IMG/VR virus record: IMGVR_UViG_3300017917_001123
Coordinates: 186,001 to 250,000 of that record
DNA length: 64,000 bases
Direction: 5' to 3' (one strand)
Shown here: in pieces, positions 1 to 9,084 of the stretch
Layout of the letters: every line of letters begins with the position of its first letter
Position numbering within the stretch: position 1 is the stretch's first letter
Notes under the pieces: model-generated
The model's input: the letters and a program-made list of their open reading frames with translations, nothing else
Databases searched by the model: none
Told to the model about the DNA's origin: nothing
Program-made: the position numbers and the translations under genes

Positions 1-2445
1 GCAGACGCAAATCCAGGTTTAGTAACAATTACAGGTACTGCCGCAACATTAAGTGCTCTAGGTATTACAGCAGGAACATATCAGAACGCAGAATTAACTA
101 TTGCTCCTCACACACAATATCCAGACTACACAGGATTCCCAACAGGTTCTGTTTATGTTAAGACAACAAGTCCTAACAATGGCGCAAGCTGGGTAGTAAA
201 ACAATATAGTGGTACTGCTCAAGCATTTAATCAAGTTTCAAGCCCAATCTACACAGATTCAGCATCAGCAATTTACGCAATCGACAGAACAGGCGGTACA
301 GCAATTCCTGTAGGAACAATTTATGTTGAAGGTAACTTCAACGGCGGAACATCTGCTTCTACATCAAGCGGTCTTGTTTCATTAGCTGAATTCCGTGTTC
401 AGCGTCGTGCCGCAGTTGCTCCAACAACAATTACAAGCACAGCAGGTCAAAGCGCACCAGTTCTACCAAACGGTGCTCAACTAACTGTTAAAGAATCTTT
501 AGCTGGTTCAGCAACGTTATCAGCTGCCAAGACAATCGTTCTAAACGGAACAACTGTTGAAGCTCTTGTAACACAAATTAACTCAGCAGGATTTACAAAC
601 GTTTCTGCCGCAGTTAATGGCAATGGCACAATTAGCATTAGCCACAGACTAGGTGGTGAGATTCTATTCAAAGATCCAGGCAACATTATGGGTGCCGCAG
701 GATTTACTGCTTATGCCTATAACTCAAACACTGATGTTTGGGCAGGAACAGAAAATCTATATACAGCAGGTTCAAACATTGCTGACGGCTACACTCATAG
801 AGCAAGTAACTGGCAACCACTAGTTTACACAGCTTCAGCTAGAGCACCAGAAACTGATCCAGTTGACGGAACACTATGGTACAGCTCTGTAATTAACGAA
901 GTTGATATTATGTATCACAACGGTACTACTTGGGTAGGTTACGCAAATGCGTTCCCTCAAACAGATCCAAATGGTCCAATCGTTACAGCAAGCGAGCCAA
1001 CAGCACAAAGCGACGGCACACCTCTAGTAAACGGCGACATCTGGGTCAAGACAGGAAATACTGATCGCTATGGTCAAGATTTCTATGTATTCAACGGTAC
1101 AACATTACGTTGGGAACAACAAGATCCAACAGACCAAACATCACCGAACGGTTGGGTGTTTGACGATGCTCGCTGGGCAACAAGCGGTTCTTCTACAGAG
1201 CCATCAACAATCGTTGCTCTACGTAGTTCAAACTATGTAGATCCAGATTGTCCAGATCCAGCAAACTATCCACGTGGCACACGCCTATGGAACCTACGTC
1301 GTAGTGGTTTCAACGTTAAGAAGTTTGTTAAGAATCATATCGACATTTATAGCAACAACGGACAGAACATTCGTTTCAACAACGAACCAATGGACGGTTC
1401 TAACGCAACTGTTCCATACAGTCCAGATCGTTGGGTTTCTGTAAGTCCAAACAACGCAGACGGTTCAGGCACATTTGGTCGTCACGCACAACGTTCGTTT
1501 GTTGTATCAGCTCTAAAATCAGAATTTGATACAAACCAAGAAATTCGTGATACAGATACATTGATCTTTAACTTAATTGCTTGCCCAGGTTATCCTGAAG
1601 TAATTTCAAATATGGTAAACCTAAATAACGATCGCGCACAAACAGCGTTTGTTATCGGTGATACACCATTCCGCTTACAGCCTACAGGCTCTGAGTTAGC
1701 GGCGTGGGGTGGAAATACAGCAAGAGCAACAGACAACGGCGACAAGGGCGCAGTTACATATAACGAATATATGGCAATGTTCTATCCAAGTGGTTATACA
1801 AATGACAACTTAGGAAACTACATCGTTGTTCCTCCAAGCCACATGATGTTACGTACATTTGTAACAAGTGACCAGAAGAGCTACCAATGGTTTGCTCCAG
1901 CAGGCGCACGTCGTGGTATTGTTGACAACGCAACTGCAGTTGGCTACGTTAACGCAAGCGGCGAGTTTACTCCTGCGGCGCTACCACAAGGCTTGCGCGA
2001 TGTTTTAGCAACTACAGGTAAGATCAACCCGATTGCTACAATGAATGGCGCAGGTATTATGAACTTTGGTAACTATAGCCGTGCTAATGCCGCAAGCTCG
2101 TTAGATAGAATTAACGTTGCTCGCTTAGTAGCATATCTACGTCGTCAGCTAGACGTTCTAGTTCGCCCATTCTTGTTCGAACCAAACGATCAGTTAACAC
2201 GTAACGAAGCTAAGAACGCAGTTGAGAGCTTCTTATTAGAATTAGTCGGTCAACGTGCCCTATACGACTTTATTGTTGTATGTGACACAAGTAATAACAC
2301 TCCAGCAAGAATTGATCGTTCTGAGCTATGGATTGATATTGCTGTTGAACCAGTTAAGGCAGTCGAATTCATTTACATTCCAGTTCGCTTGCTTAACACC
2401 GGCGCTATCAAGTCAGGTAATTTTGGCCAGGTAACAAACGGTTAA
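1..2445 (+). CDS. Contractile tail sheath protein (T4 gp18-like), 5'-truncated by window
   Basis: Frame 1 is open from base 1 into the 688..2445 ORF. C-terminal sheath motifs: WFAPAG.RRG, LDRINVARL, FLFEPND, IDIAVEPVKAVEFIYI. Precedes the tube gene. Confidence 0.95.
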   Translation, partial: ADANPGLVTITGTAATLSALGITAGTYQNAELTIAPHTQYPDYTGFPTGSVYVKTTSPNNGASWVVKQYSGTAQAFNQVSSPIYTDSASAIYAIDRTGGTAIPVGTIYVEGNFNGGTSASTSSGLVSLAEFRVQRRAAVAPTTITSTAGQSAPVLPNGAQLTVKESLAGSATLSAAKTIVLNGTTVEALVTQINSAGFTNVSAAVNGNGTISISHRLGGEILFKDPGNIMGAAGFTAYAYNSNTDVWAGTENLYTAGSNIADGYTHRASNWQPLVYTASARAPETDPVDGTLWYSSVINEVDIMYHNGTTWVGYANAFPQTDPNGPIVTASEPTAQSDGTPLVNGDIWVKTGNTDRYGQDFYVFNGTTLRWEQQDPTDQTSPNGWVFDDARWATSGSSTEPSTIVALRSSNYVDPDCPDPANYPRGTRLWNLRRSGFNVKKFVKNHIDIYSNNGQNIRFNNEPMDGSNATVPYSPDRWVSVSPNNADGSGTFGRHAQRSFVVSALKSEFDTNQEIRDTDTLIFNLIACPGYPEVISNMVNLNNDRAQTAFVIGDTPFRLQPTGSELAAWGGNTARATDNGDKGAVTYNEYMAMFYPSGYTNDNLGNYIVVPPSHMMLRTFVTSDQKSYQWFAPAGARRGIVDNATAVGYVNASGEFTPAALPQGLRDVLATTGKINPIATMNGAGIMNFGNYSRANAASSLDRINVARLVAYLRRQLDVLVRPFLFEPNDQLTRNEAKNAVESFLLELVGQRALYDFIVVCDTSNNTPARIDRSELWIDIAVEPVKAVEFIYIPVRLLNTGAIKSGNFGQVTNG

Positions 2446-2484
2446 TGGGATGGTAAATATTAAGGAACAAGGAGCACATATATT

Positions 2485-3111
2485 ATGGCTATCGCAAGTT
2501 TAAGCAAATTATCAGTACCACTACCGCCAGGCCAGAGTTCTAGCAGTCAAGGTCTACTGATGCCAAAGTTAAAGTACAGATTCCGTGTACTATTTGAAAA
2601 CTTTGGCGTTAGCAAGCCAACTACAGAACTAACCAAGCAGGTAGTTAATGCTGGTCGTCCTAACTTAACATTTGATCAAGTTGAATTGCACGTTTACAAC
2701 TCAAAAGTTAAGTATGCTGGCAAGCACACATGGGAAGACATCAGTGTTGTTATTCGTGACGATGTAACAGGTGCTGTAAGCAAGTTAGTCGGCGAACAAC
2801 TACAGAAGCAATTTGACTTCTTTGAGCAAAGTTCTGCTAGCTCAGGTATTGATTATAAGTTTACAACTAAGATCGAAATCCTAGATGGCGGTAACGGTGC
2901 TTATGAACCAAACGTATTAGAAACATTCGAATTATTAGGTTGTTATCTAAAGCAAGCGCAGTATCAGCAGGGTGATTACAGTTCATCGGATCCAATGGAT
3001 ATTACATTATCTATTGCCTACGATAACGCAATCCAGACAGATGTCTCTGGCAACCCAATTGGAATTGGCGTAGCTGTTGGACGTACTTTAGGTACTCTAG
3101 CAACTGGTTAA
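2485..3111 (+). CDS. Tail tube protein (T4 gp19-like)
   Basis: 208 aa directly after the sheath gene. KYAGKHTWEDISVVIRDD and ETFELLGCY motifs. AGGAG RBS. Confidence 0.9.
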   Translation: MAIASLSKLSVPLPPGQSSSSQGLLMPKLKYRFRVLFENFGVSKPTTELTKQVVNAGRPNLTFDQVELHVYNSKVKYAGKHTWEDISVVIRDDVTGAVSKLVGEQLQKQFDFFEQSSASSGIDYKFTTKIEILDGGNGAYEPNVLETFELLGCYLKQAQYQQGDYSSSDPMDITLSIAYDNAIQTDVSGNPIGIGVAVGRTLGTLATG

Positions 3112-3152
3112 TCCAAAAAGTTGTTTTAGACAAAGTCTATATAAACTTACAC

Positions 3153-3181
3153 AAGACCCGGGTTTTACCGGGTCTTTTTTT
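3153..3181 (+). terminator. Rho-independent terminator
   Basis: AAGACCCGG-gtttta-CCGGGTCTT followed by a T run, after the tube gene. Confidence 0.9.
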
Positions 3182-3197
3182 GTGTATAAATATTATC

Positions 3198-4736
3198 ATG
3201 CCATCCATTGTTGATTATCTTGCCGGTTATACTAACCAAGGACAAATGCGTGATTTCCAACACGCTAGTCGCCTATACGTTGATAATATATTTGCTCTTG
3301 CTCCTAAGACGAGCTGGATCTATTATGTTGTCTTTTCTATTGAACCTAGTGCTATTACAGAAGTACAATGGAAGAATCAGCGCAGAGACTACGAAGCAGG
3401 TATGCTCGTTAAAAGTGCTGACCTTCCTAAGTTTCAAATTCAAACAGAAACTTTAAATCAGTACAATAGAAAAACAAACGTACAAACAAAAATTACGTAT
3501 CAGCCTATTTCATTTACATTCCACGACGACCAAAGTAACGTTACTAACAGTTTGTGGGTTAACTATTTTAGATACTACTACAGAGATACATGGCATGGAC
3601 AAAAGGTTGGCACAACTAGTGAACTAACAAACAAACCGTTTGCCTTTAAAAATACAAAATACGAACCTGCTGAAAATACAGCGGCGGCCCCAGACGGCAG
3701 ACCCGGAATTCCAGGCTCTTATGGTCTTAATAACAACCAAAGTAAGCCATTCTTTAATGCAATTACTATCTATCAATTAAATCAAAAAAGATTTACAAGC
3801 TATGTAATTGTAAACCCATTAATCACATCTTGGGAACATGATCGACTTGATCAGACTCAAGGAAGCAAGTTTGCTGAAAATAAAATGACCATTGCCTATG
3901 AAACTGTTTTCTATGGCGAAGGAAAAGTAAGACGAGATACACCGGGCGGCTTTGCTACATTCCATTACGATTTAACTCCTAGTCCGTTAAGTATTGGCGG
4001 AGGTGGCACAAATACAATCTTTGGTCCTGGCGGTATTATTGCCGGCGTTGATAATATATTTGGAGCAGATGACGGTTTATTATCAAGAGGTCTAAACGGA
4101 AATCCTTTGAACTTACTTGGCGTCGGTATTGCTGGCTCTAACTTATTAAGAAATGCTAGAAATATTACACGAGAGAGTTTAAAAGCAGAAGGACAGGCAA
4201 TTACTAAATCAGCTATACAAGGTTTTCTAACCGGAGGCAGTGGCGGATTTACTGGAATGATTAATGGCGGTATTGGCGCATTGAGTAATTCTCTGGGTTT
4301 TGGTCCAAAGACTGGAACACTATTAGTAGGGTCAAACTTTGTTCCAAACAGACCAACAGCAAATCCGGGGGACGTTGTGTCAGGATCTTCTGGAGGGTCT
4401 GCTAGTTCTAAGGCTCCCATAGACACATCAATATATTCTAAAGACGAAATTAATTCTGCGTCAGATGCTGATTTAGTTGACTTCGATTCATCCTTAAAGT
4501 CAAATCAACAAGGTCTAGAACAACGATTAGAAAAAGCAAAAGAACTAGATTCCGAATTCCAAGAAAAATATAACGATGCTCTAGCAACTAATGGCCAAGC
4601 TGCCGCAGATGCTGTAAGAAAAGAATTTTCTTCAAAGGGCTATGAAGATCCTGCTAAACTCCAAGCAAACTTAAACGCAAACCTTGCTAACCAAAAAGCA
4701 GTGAGCGGCAGACTAGAACAATTAATTACACCATAA
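3198..4736 (+). CDS. Tail-tube-like baseplate/tube-initiator protein (gp48/gp54-like N-terminus, Gly-rich C-terminus)
   Basis: LVKSADLPKF...YQPISFTFHDD...NPLITSWEHD tube-fold pattern. Start moved to ATG 3198, 5 nt after TAAATA. Confidence 0.65.
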   Translation: MPSIVDYLAGYTNQGQMRDFQHASRLYVDNIFALAPKTSWIYYVVFSIEPSAITEVQWKNQRRDYEAGMLVKSADLPKFQIQTETLNQYNRKTNVQTKITYQPISFTFHDDQSNVTNSLWVNYFRYYYRDTWHGQKVGTTSELTNKPFAFKNTKYEPAENTAAAPDGRPGIPGSYGLNNNQSKPFFNAITIYQLNQKRFTSYVIVNPLITSWEHDRLDQTQGSKFAENKMTIAYETVFYGEGKVRRDTPGGFATFHYDLTPSPLSIGGGGTNTIFGPGGIIAGVDNIFGADDGLLSRGLNGNPLNLLGVGIAGSNLLRNARNITRESLKAEGQAITKSAIQGFLTGGSGGFTGMINGGIGALSNSLGFGPKTGTLLVGSNFVPNRPTANPGDVVSGSSGGSASSKAPIDTSIYSKDEINSASDADLVDFDSSLKSNQQGLEQRLEKAKELDSEFQEKYNDALATNGQAAADAVRKEFSSKGYEDPAKLQANLNANLANQKAVSGRLEQLITP

Positions 4737-4737
4737 T

Positions 4738-5115
4738 ATGAAAAAATTTTATAACAATGTTCCTACGTCAACATCTATAGATAGCTCTTACAATTCAAAA
4801 GAAGGCCTATCAAATTTCTACGGAAGCGAACTTCCAATGAACGCATCTGCGTTGGATGCTATGAGAGGTTTTTTTGAAAGTAGAGGATTTAGTACCGAAG
4901 CCGCAGACAGTATTGCGTTCATTATGTTTTATCAAGCAGACATTGACGGCTACAATCCGTTTGATGTATTAGATAATGTAAAAGGGTTAAACAGCGCAGA
5001 GCTAACATTGCTGGTTACTGAAATTTTAAACTTTAATAGATTTAAAACTAGTTTCTTAGGAATGTCAGCTACCTTCACTACACAATCTGAAGTCGAAAGA
5101 GAGATTTTACCTTGA
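4738..5115 (+). CDS. Hypothetical virion morphogenesis protein
   Basis: 125 aa ORF coupled between the tail and head-completion genes. Confidence 0.6.
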   Translation: MKKFYNNVPTSTSIDSSYNSKEGLSNFYGSELPMNASALDAMRGFFESRGFSTEAADSIAFIMFYQADIDGYNPFDVLDNVKGLNSAELTLLVTEILNFNRFKTSFLGMSATFTTQSEVEREILP

Positions 5116-5549
5116 GTCTAAAGTTTGCTAAAGGTCCATACAAACTTAAAAACCCAGAAAAATATATCGGAACAGGAACACCGATGTATCGTAGCAGTTG
5201 GGAGCTCGCTGTAATGCGTATGTGTGACAATAATCCATCAATACAGCAATGGGCTAGCGAAAGCATAAAAATTCCTTATAGAGATCCACTAACGGGAAAA
5301 CAAACAGTATATGTGCCCGACTTCCTAGTTGTATATGTTGACCGCAATCAAAAGAAACATGCCGAAGTTTGGGAAATTAAACCAGCTAATCAGATGCTAA
5401 AAGAAAAAGTTGGTAAAAATGTTTATAACCAAGCGCAGTACGTTAAAAATCAAGCAAAGTGGCAGGTTGCTAATCAATGGTGCCGCACTAATGGACTCAA
5501 ATTTAGAGTAATAAACGAGCACGATATTTTCCACACAGGCAAGAAATAA
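5112..5549 (+). CDS. Head completion nuclease (T4 gp4-like, TnsA-like PD-(D/E)xK)
   Basis: NPEKYIG, YRSSWE, WASE, YVPDF, EIKP motifs. Confidence 0.88.
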   Translation: MSLKFAKGPYKLKNPEKYIGTGTPMYRSSWELAVMRMCDNNPSIQQWASESIKIPYRDPLTGKQTVYVPDFLVVYVDRNQKKHAEVWEIKPANQMLKEKVGKNVYNQAQYVKNQAKWQVANQWCRTNGLKFRVINEHDIFHTGKK

Positions 5550-5562
5550 GGTAAGTAATAAT

Positions 5563-6042
5563 ATGACTAAAAAGTTAGAAGAACTACTAAACATTTCGCC
5601 TGCGGAACAAAAGCCTATAGAGACGCCCGTAGAAGAAGCAGTTCCTACACATATTGATCTACAGGCAAACTTAGCAGAGTTTGATAAAATTTCTGCGGCA
5701 TTGCCACAAGTTCGCGGACTGGGCGATATTAGCGATTCAGAACTAGATGCCCTAGCAAATAAAGCAGAACAAGCCTATGACGATTTAATGGATTTAGGCA
5801 TGAACGTCGAAGCCCGCTACGGAGCACGTATGTTTGAAGTAGCAGGAACAATGCTACAAGCGGCAATTAACGCTAAATCTGCTAAAATAGACAAAAAATT
5901 AAAGATGGTTGAGCTACAGTTAAAGAAGCTTGCTATTGACAAGAAAGACAACCCCGGAAGTAACGATGGCGTTGTTCCAGGAGAGGGTTACGTAATTGCT
6001 GACCGTAATAGCCTACTCGAAAAATTGAAGAATATGAAATAA
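5563..6042 (+). CDS. Probable terminase small subunit
   Basis: 159 aa helical protein with ARMFEVAGTML and C-terminal ADRNSLL, located upstream of terL. Assignment is by similarity of pattern and position. Confidence 0.5.
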   Translation: MTKKLEELLNISPAEQKPIETPVEEAVPTHIDLQANLAEFDKISAALPQVRGLGDISDSELDALANKAEQAYDDLMDLGMNVEARYGARMFEVAGTMLQAAINAKSAKIDKKLKMVELQLKKLAIDKKDNPGSNDGVVPGEGYVIADRNSLLEKLKNMK

Positions 6043-6063
6043 ATAAAGGGTAGGAATTACATT

Positions 6064-6627
6064 ATGAAAACATTTAAAGACTATCTAACAGAGAGCAAGA
6101 AAACCTACAATTTTAAGATTAAAATTGCAGGAGAGCTTGATGCTGGTTACGAAGGATACTTAAAAACTGTCCTAGAAAAGTATTCAGTATCTGGCTTCAA
6201 AAAAGTTGGCAAAACTCCAACACAATCACTACCACTTGATTTCCCAAGAGTTCAAAACGCAGAAGTAAATGTTTACGAAGTAACCCTTGATTATCCTACA
6301 ACATCTTTTGAACTACGTGAATATATTTCTGCTCAATGTAAATTAGGCATGGATCACGTTGTTGTTCGTTCACCTAACGAACCAACTGAAGCATATCAAG
6401 AGCCTGTCAAAGAAGCTGACGGCGCTCTATTAACTAAAGATTATGAACAAGGCATTGATGGCTCAAAATTATATGGCGACAAATACAATGCTAGCTTTGT
6501 AAAAGCACTTAACGACGAATTAAAGGCCAATCGTAAAGAAAGGGGCGAAGTTATTCCTAACACAGCAGACGGAAAGACTACGAACGATGTGGCACCGAAT
6601 AACACAAGCCCTGTAGGGTCAAAATAA
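6064..6627 (+). CDS. Hypothetical head-associated protein
   Basis: N-terminus MKTFKDYLTE resembles the T4 capsid-targeting sequence. Confidence 0.55.
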   Translation: MKTFKDYLTESKKTYNFKIKIAGELDAGYEGYLKTVLEKYSVSGFKKVGKTPTQSLPLDFPRVQNAEVNVYEVTLDYPTTSFELREYISAQCKLGMDHVVVRSPNEPTEAYQEPVKEADGALLTKDYEQGIDGSKLYGDKYNASFVKALNDELKANRKERGEVIPNTADGKTTNDVAPNNTSPVGSK

Positions 6628-6638
6628 GGAAAACAATC

Positions 6639-7424
6639 ATGCAGATGATCGACGTATTAAAAAGATTGGCAGAATTAGATGACGCCAACGGTGGCATTAA
6701 AGAATCCACAAAAATGATTCAGGATCCAACTGTTGCTGTGATTAACGAATCAACAGTTCAGGAATGCGGTCCGATGGGAATGCCTGGAATGGGCGCACCT
6801 AGTGGACAGCCAGCAAGTTTTAGCATTAACGCAACAGCCGCAAGCGGTAACGAAGTTGCTAGTATGCTAACACAAATCATGACACTAGCTGGAGTTAAAG
6901 CAGGCGGTGACGCAATGGGCGGCGAACCAGAAAAAGGTCCGTTAACTGGCGAACCTCCAATGAAGTCCGCAGGCGACGACATGAAGGCTGCAATCCAAGC
7001 AATCGATCAAGCAGAACAAGAAACTGCCGCAATGGGTAGTGACATGGATGGTCCAGAAATGGAAACTGACATGGATCCAACTGACGGCGCAATGGGCGGA
7101 GAAGAACCTGCTCCAGTTTCTGACATGGCACAAGATGTTCAAAGCATGGCCGACGAATTAGCAGACAAAGATAAAGAAGATTTAGGCTTAGAAAGTTTTG
7201 ATAATACTCCAGAAGTACAAACACGTAAGACAGATCCGTTAAACGATTTTGCTCAAATTATCAATAAAGTTCGTGAGTTTGAGTACACACCTCCAAACAG
7301 TGGATCAAACCCAATGAAGGCAGAAAGCGTAGAATCACAAGAAACTTCAGTTAAAGAAAGCACAGGTATTGTCGATTTAACTACTCAACTTTTTAAAGAA
7401 TATCAATCTTTTAAGGCACAGTAA
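6639..7424 (+). CDS. Acidic low-complexity virion/scaffold-like protein
   Basis: 261 aa, D/E/M-rich, AGGA RBS, followed by a terminator. Confidence 0.55.
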   Translation: MQMIDVLKRLAELDDANGGIKESTKMIQDPTVAVINESTVQECGPMGMPGMGAPSGQPASFSINATAASGNEVASMLTQIMTLAGVKAGGDAMGGEPEKGPLTGEPPMKSAGDDMKAAIQAIDQAEQETAAMGSDMDGPEMETDMDPTDGAMGGEEPAPVSDMAQDVQSMADELADKDKEDLGLESFDNTPEVQTRKTDPLNDFAQIINKVREFEYTPPNSGSNPMKAESVESQETSVKESTGIVDLTTQLFKEYQSFKAQ

Positions 7425-7441
7425 TAGTTTCAAGTATTACC

Positions 7442-7469
7442 AAATAGGCTCTTCGGAGCCTATTTTTTT
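7442..7469 (+). terminator. Rho-independent terminator (UUCG loop)
   Basis: AAATAGGCTC-TTCG-GAGCCTATTT followed by a T run. Confidence 0.92.
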
Positions 7470-7483
7470 CATTAAATAAATGT

Positions 7484-9073
7484 ATGGCTTTAAACAGTTC
7501 TAGCACCCTAATCAAGACTGCTAATAAAACGCAGAAATGGACTGAACAAGATATTCAGGACATTATGCTGTGTTCTGACATGGAAAATGGACACAAGTAT
7601 TTCTTACGAAATTTCTTTGCTATCCAGCATCCAACACGCGGTCAAATCAAATACGAAGCATACGGATATCAGGATGCTCTAGTAGATAGTTTACACAAGT
7701 ATCGTTTTAATATTAATATGCTACCACGTCAGAGTGGTAAAACTACTACTGCGGTTGGATACCTACTATGGTATGCGATGTTTAAACCAGACCAAACAAT
7801 TCTAATTGCCGCGCACAAATACACAGGTGCTCAGGAAATTATGCAACGTATTCGTTATGCCTACGAATTATGTCCTGATCACATTAGATGCGGTGTTGTA
7901 AGTTATAACAAACAGTCAATCGAATTTGACAATGGCTCTCGTATTGTAGCGCAGACAACTACTGAAAACACAGGTCGTGGTATGTCTATTTCATTACTAT
8001 ACTGTGACGAGTTTGCGTTCGTTGCTCCTAACATTGCCAACGAGTTCTGGACTTCTATTTCGCCTACACTAGCAACTGGTGGTAAGGCGATTATTACATC
8101 GACACCTAACTCGGACGAAGACCAATTTGCGGAAATTTGGTTTGGCGCAATTAAAACTGAAGACGAATTTGGTAACCAACGTGAAGACAGCATTGGTGTA
8201 AACGGTTTCCATGCGTATAAGTCAAACTGGTGGGATCACCCCGATCGTAACGAAGAGTGGAAGCAAGTTGAAATGGGCCGTATCGGTGAAGAACGCTTCC
8301 GTCGTGAATACGGTTGCGAATTCTTAGTCTATGATGAAACACTGATTAGTTCTGTGTTCATGGCACAAATGGAAAGCAAAGAGCCTATTATGAAAATGGG
8401 ACAAGCACGTTGGTACAAGAAAATTGATCCTAAATGTACATACATTGTTGCCCTTGACCCTAGCTTAGGAACAGGCGGCAACTATTCAGCAATCGAAGTT
8501 ATTGAAATTCCGTCAATGATTCAAGCGGGCGAATGGCACCACAATTTAACACCAATTCAAAGTCAGGTAAAAATTATGCGTGACATGTGTCGTTTTATTA
8601 ATGACGCATGTGAAGAAAAGGGTGTTCAAGCAAGCATTTATTATTCTGTAGAAAACAATACCGTTGGTGAAGCCGCACTTGTTGCTATCGCCGAACTGGG
8701 TGAAGAAACATTCCCGGGCATGTTCCTAAGCGAGCCTATTAAAAAGGGACACGTTAGACGCTATCGCAAAGGCTACAATACTACAGAAAAAGCCAAGGTT
8801 GCTACGTGTGCTAAAATGAAGCACCTTATAGAAACTCGCAAATTATCAATTAACAGTAGATCATTTATTAGTCAGCTAAAAACCTACATTGCCCAAGGTG
8901 TAAGTTTTGGTGGTAAAAACGAAGAACCTGACGATTTAGTATCTGCTATGCTTGTTGCTATCCGTATGATTATGCAACTACAAGATTGGGATCCTTCAGT
9001 TTACGACACAATGCACGACTACGTAAACGACGAAATGGAGCTCCCGCTACCAATTTACATCAGCAGTTTTTAA
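7484..9073 (+). CDS. terL: Terminase large subunit (T4 gp17-like)
   Basis: Walker A PRQSGKTT, Walker B LLYCDEFAF, ITSTPN coupling motif, nuclease ALDPS, VENN and DDLV. Confidence 0.96.
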   Translation: MALNSSSTLIKTANKTQKWTEQDIQDIMLCSDMENGHKYFLRNFFAIQHPTRGQIKYEAYGYQDALVDSLHKYRFNINMLPRQSGKTTTAVGYLLWYAMFKPDQTILIAAHKYTGAQEIMQRIRYAYELCPDHIRCGVVSYNKQSIEFDNGSRIVAQTTTENTGRGMSISLLYCDEFAFVAPNIANEFWTSISPTLATGGKAIITSTPNSDEDQFAEIWFGAIKTEDEFGNQREDSIGVNGFHAYKSNWWDHPDRNEEWKQVEMGRIGEERFRREYGCEFLVYDETLISSVFMAQMESKEPIMKMGQARWYKKIDPKCTYIVALDPSLGTGGNYSAIEVIEIPSMIQAGEWHHNLTPIQSQVKIMRDMCRFINDACEEKGVQASIYYSVENNTVGEAALVAIAELGEETFPGMFLSEPIKKGHVRRYRKGYNTTEKAKVATCAKMKHLIETRKLSINSRSFISQLKTYIAQGVSFGGKNEEPDDLVSAMLVAIRMIMQLQDWDPSVYDTMHDYVNDEMELPLPIYISSF

Positions 9074-9084
9074 TAAATATACTC

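Noticed and set aside
8986-9084. N-terminal extensions given by the ORF track (also 3180, 27973, 41019, 42934, 43419, 56447)
   Set aside because: They overlap upstream genes or promoters. Downstream starts fit the RBS or TAAATA spacing.
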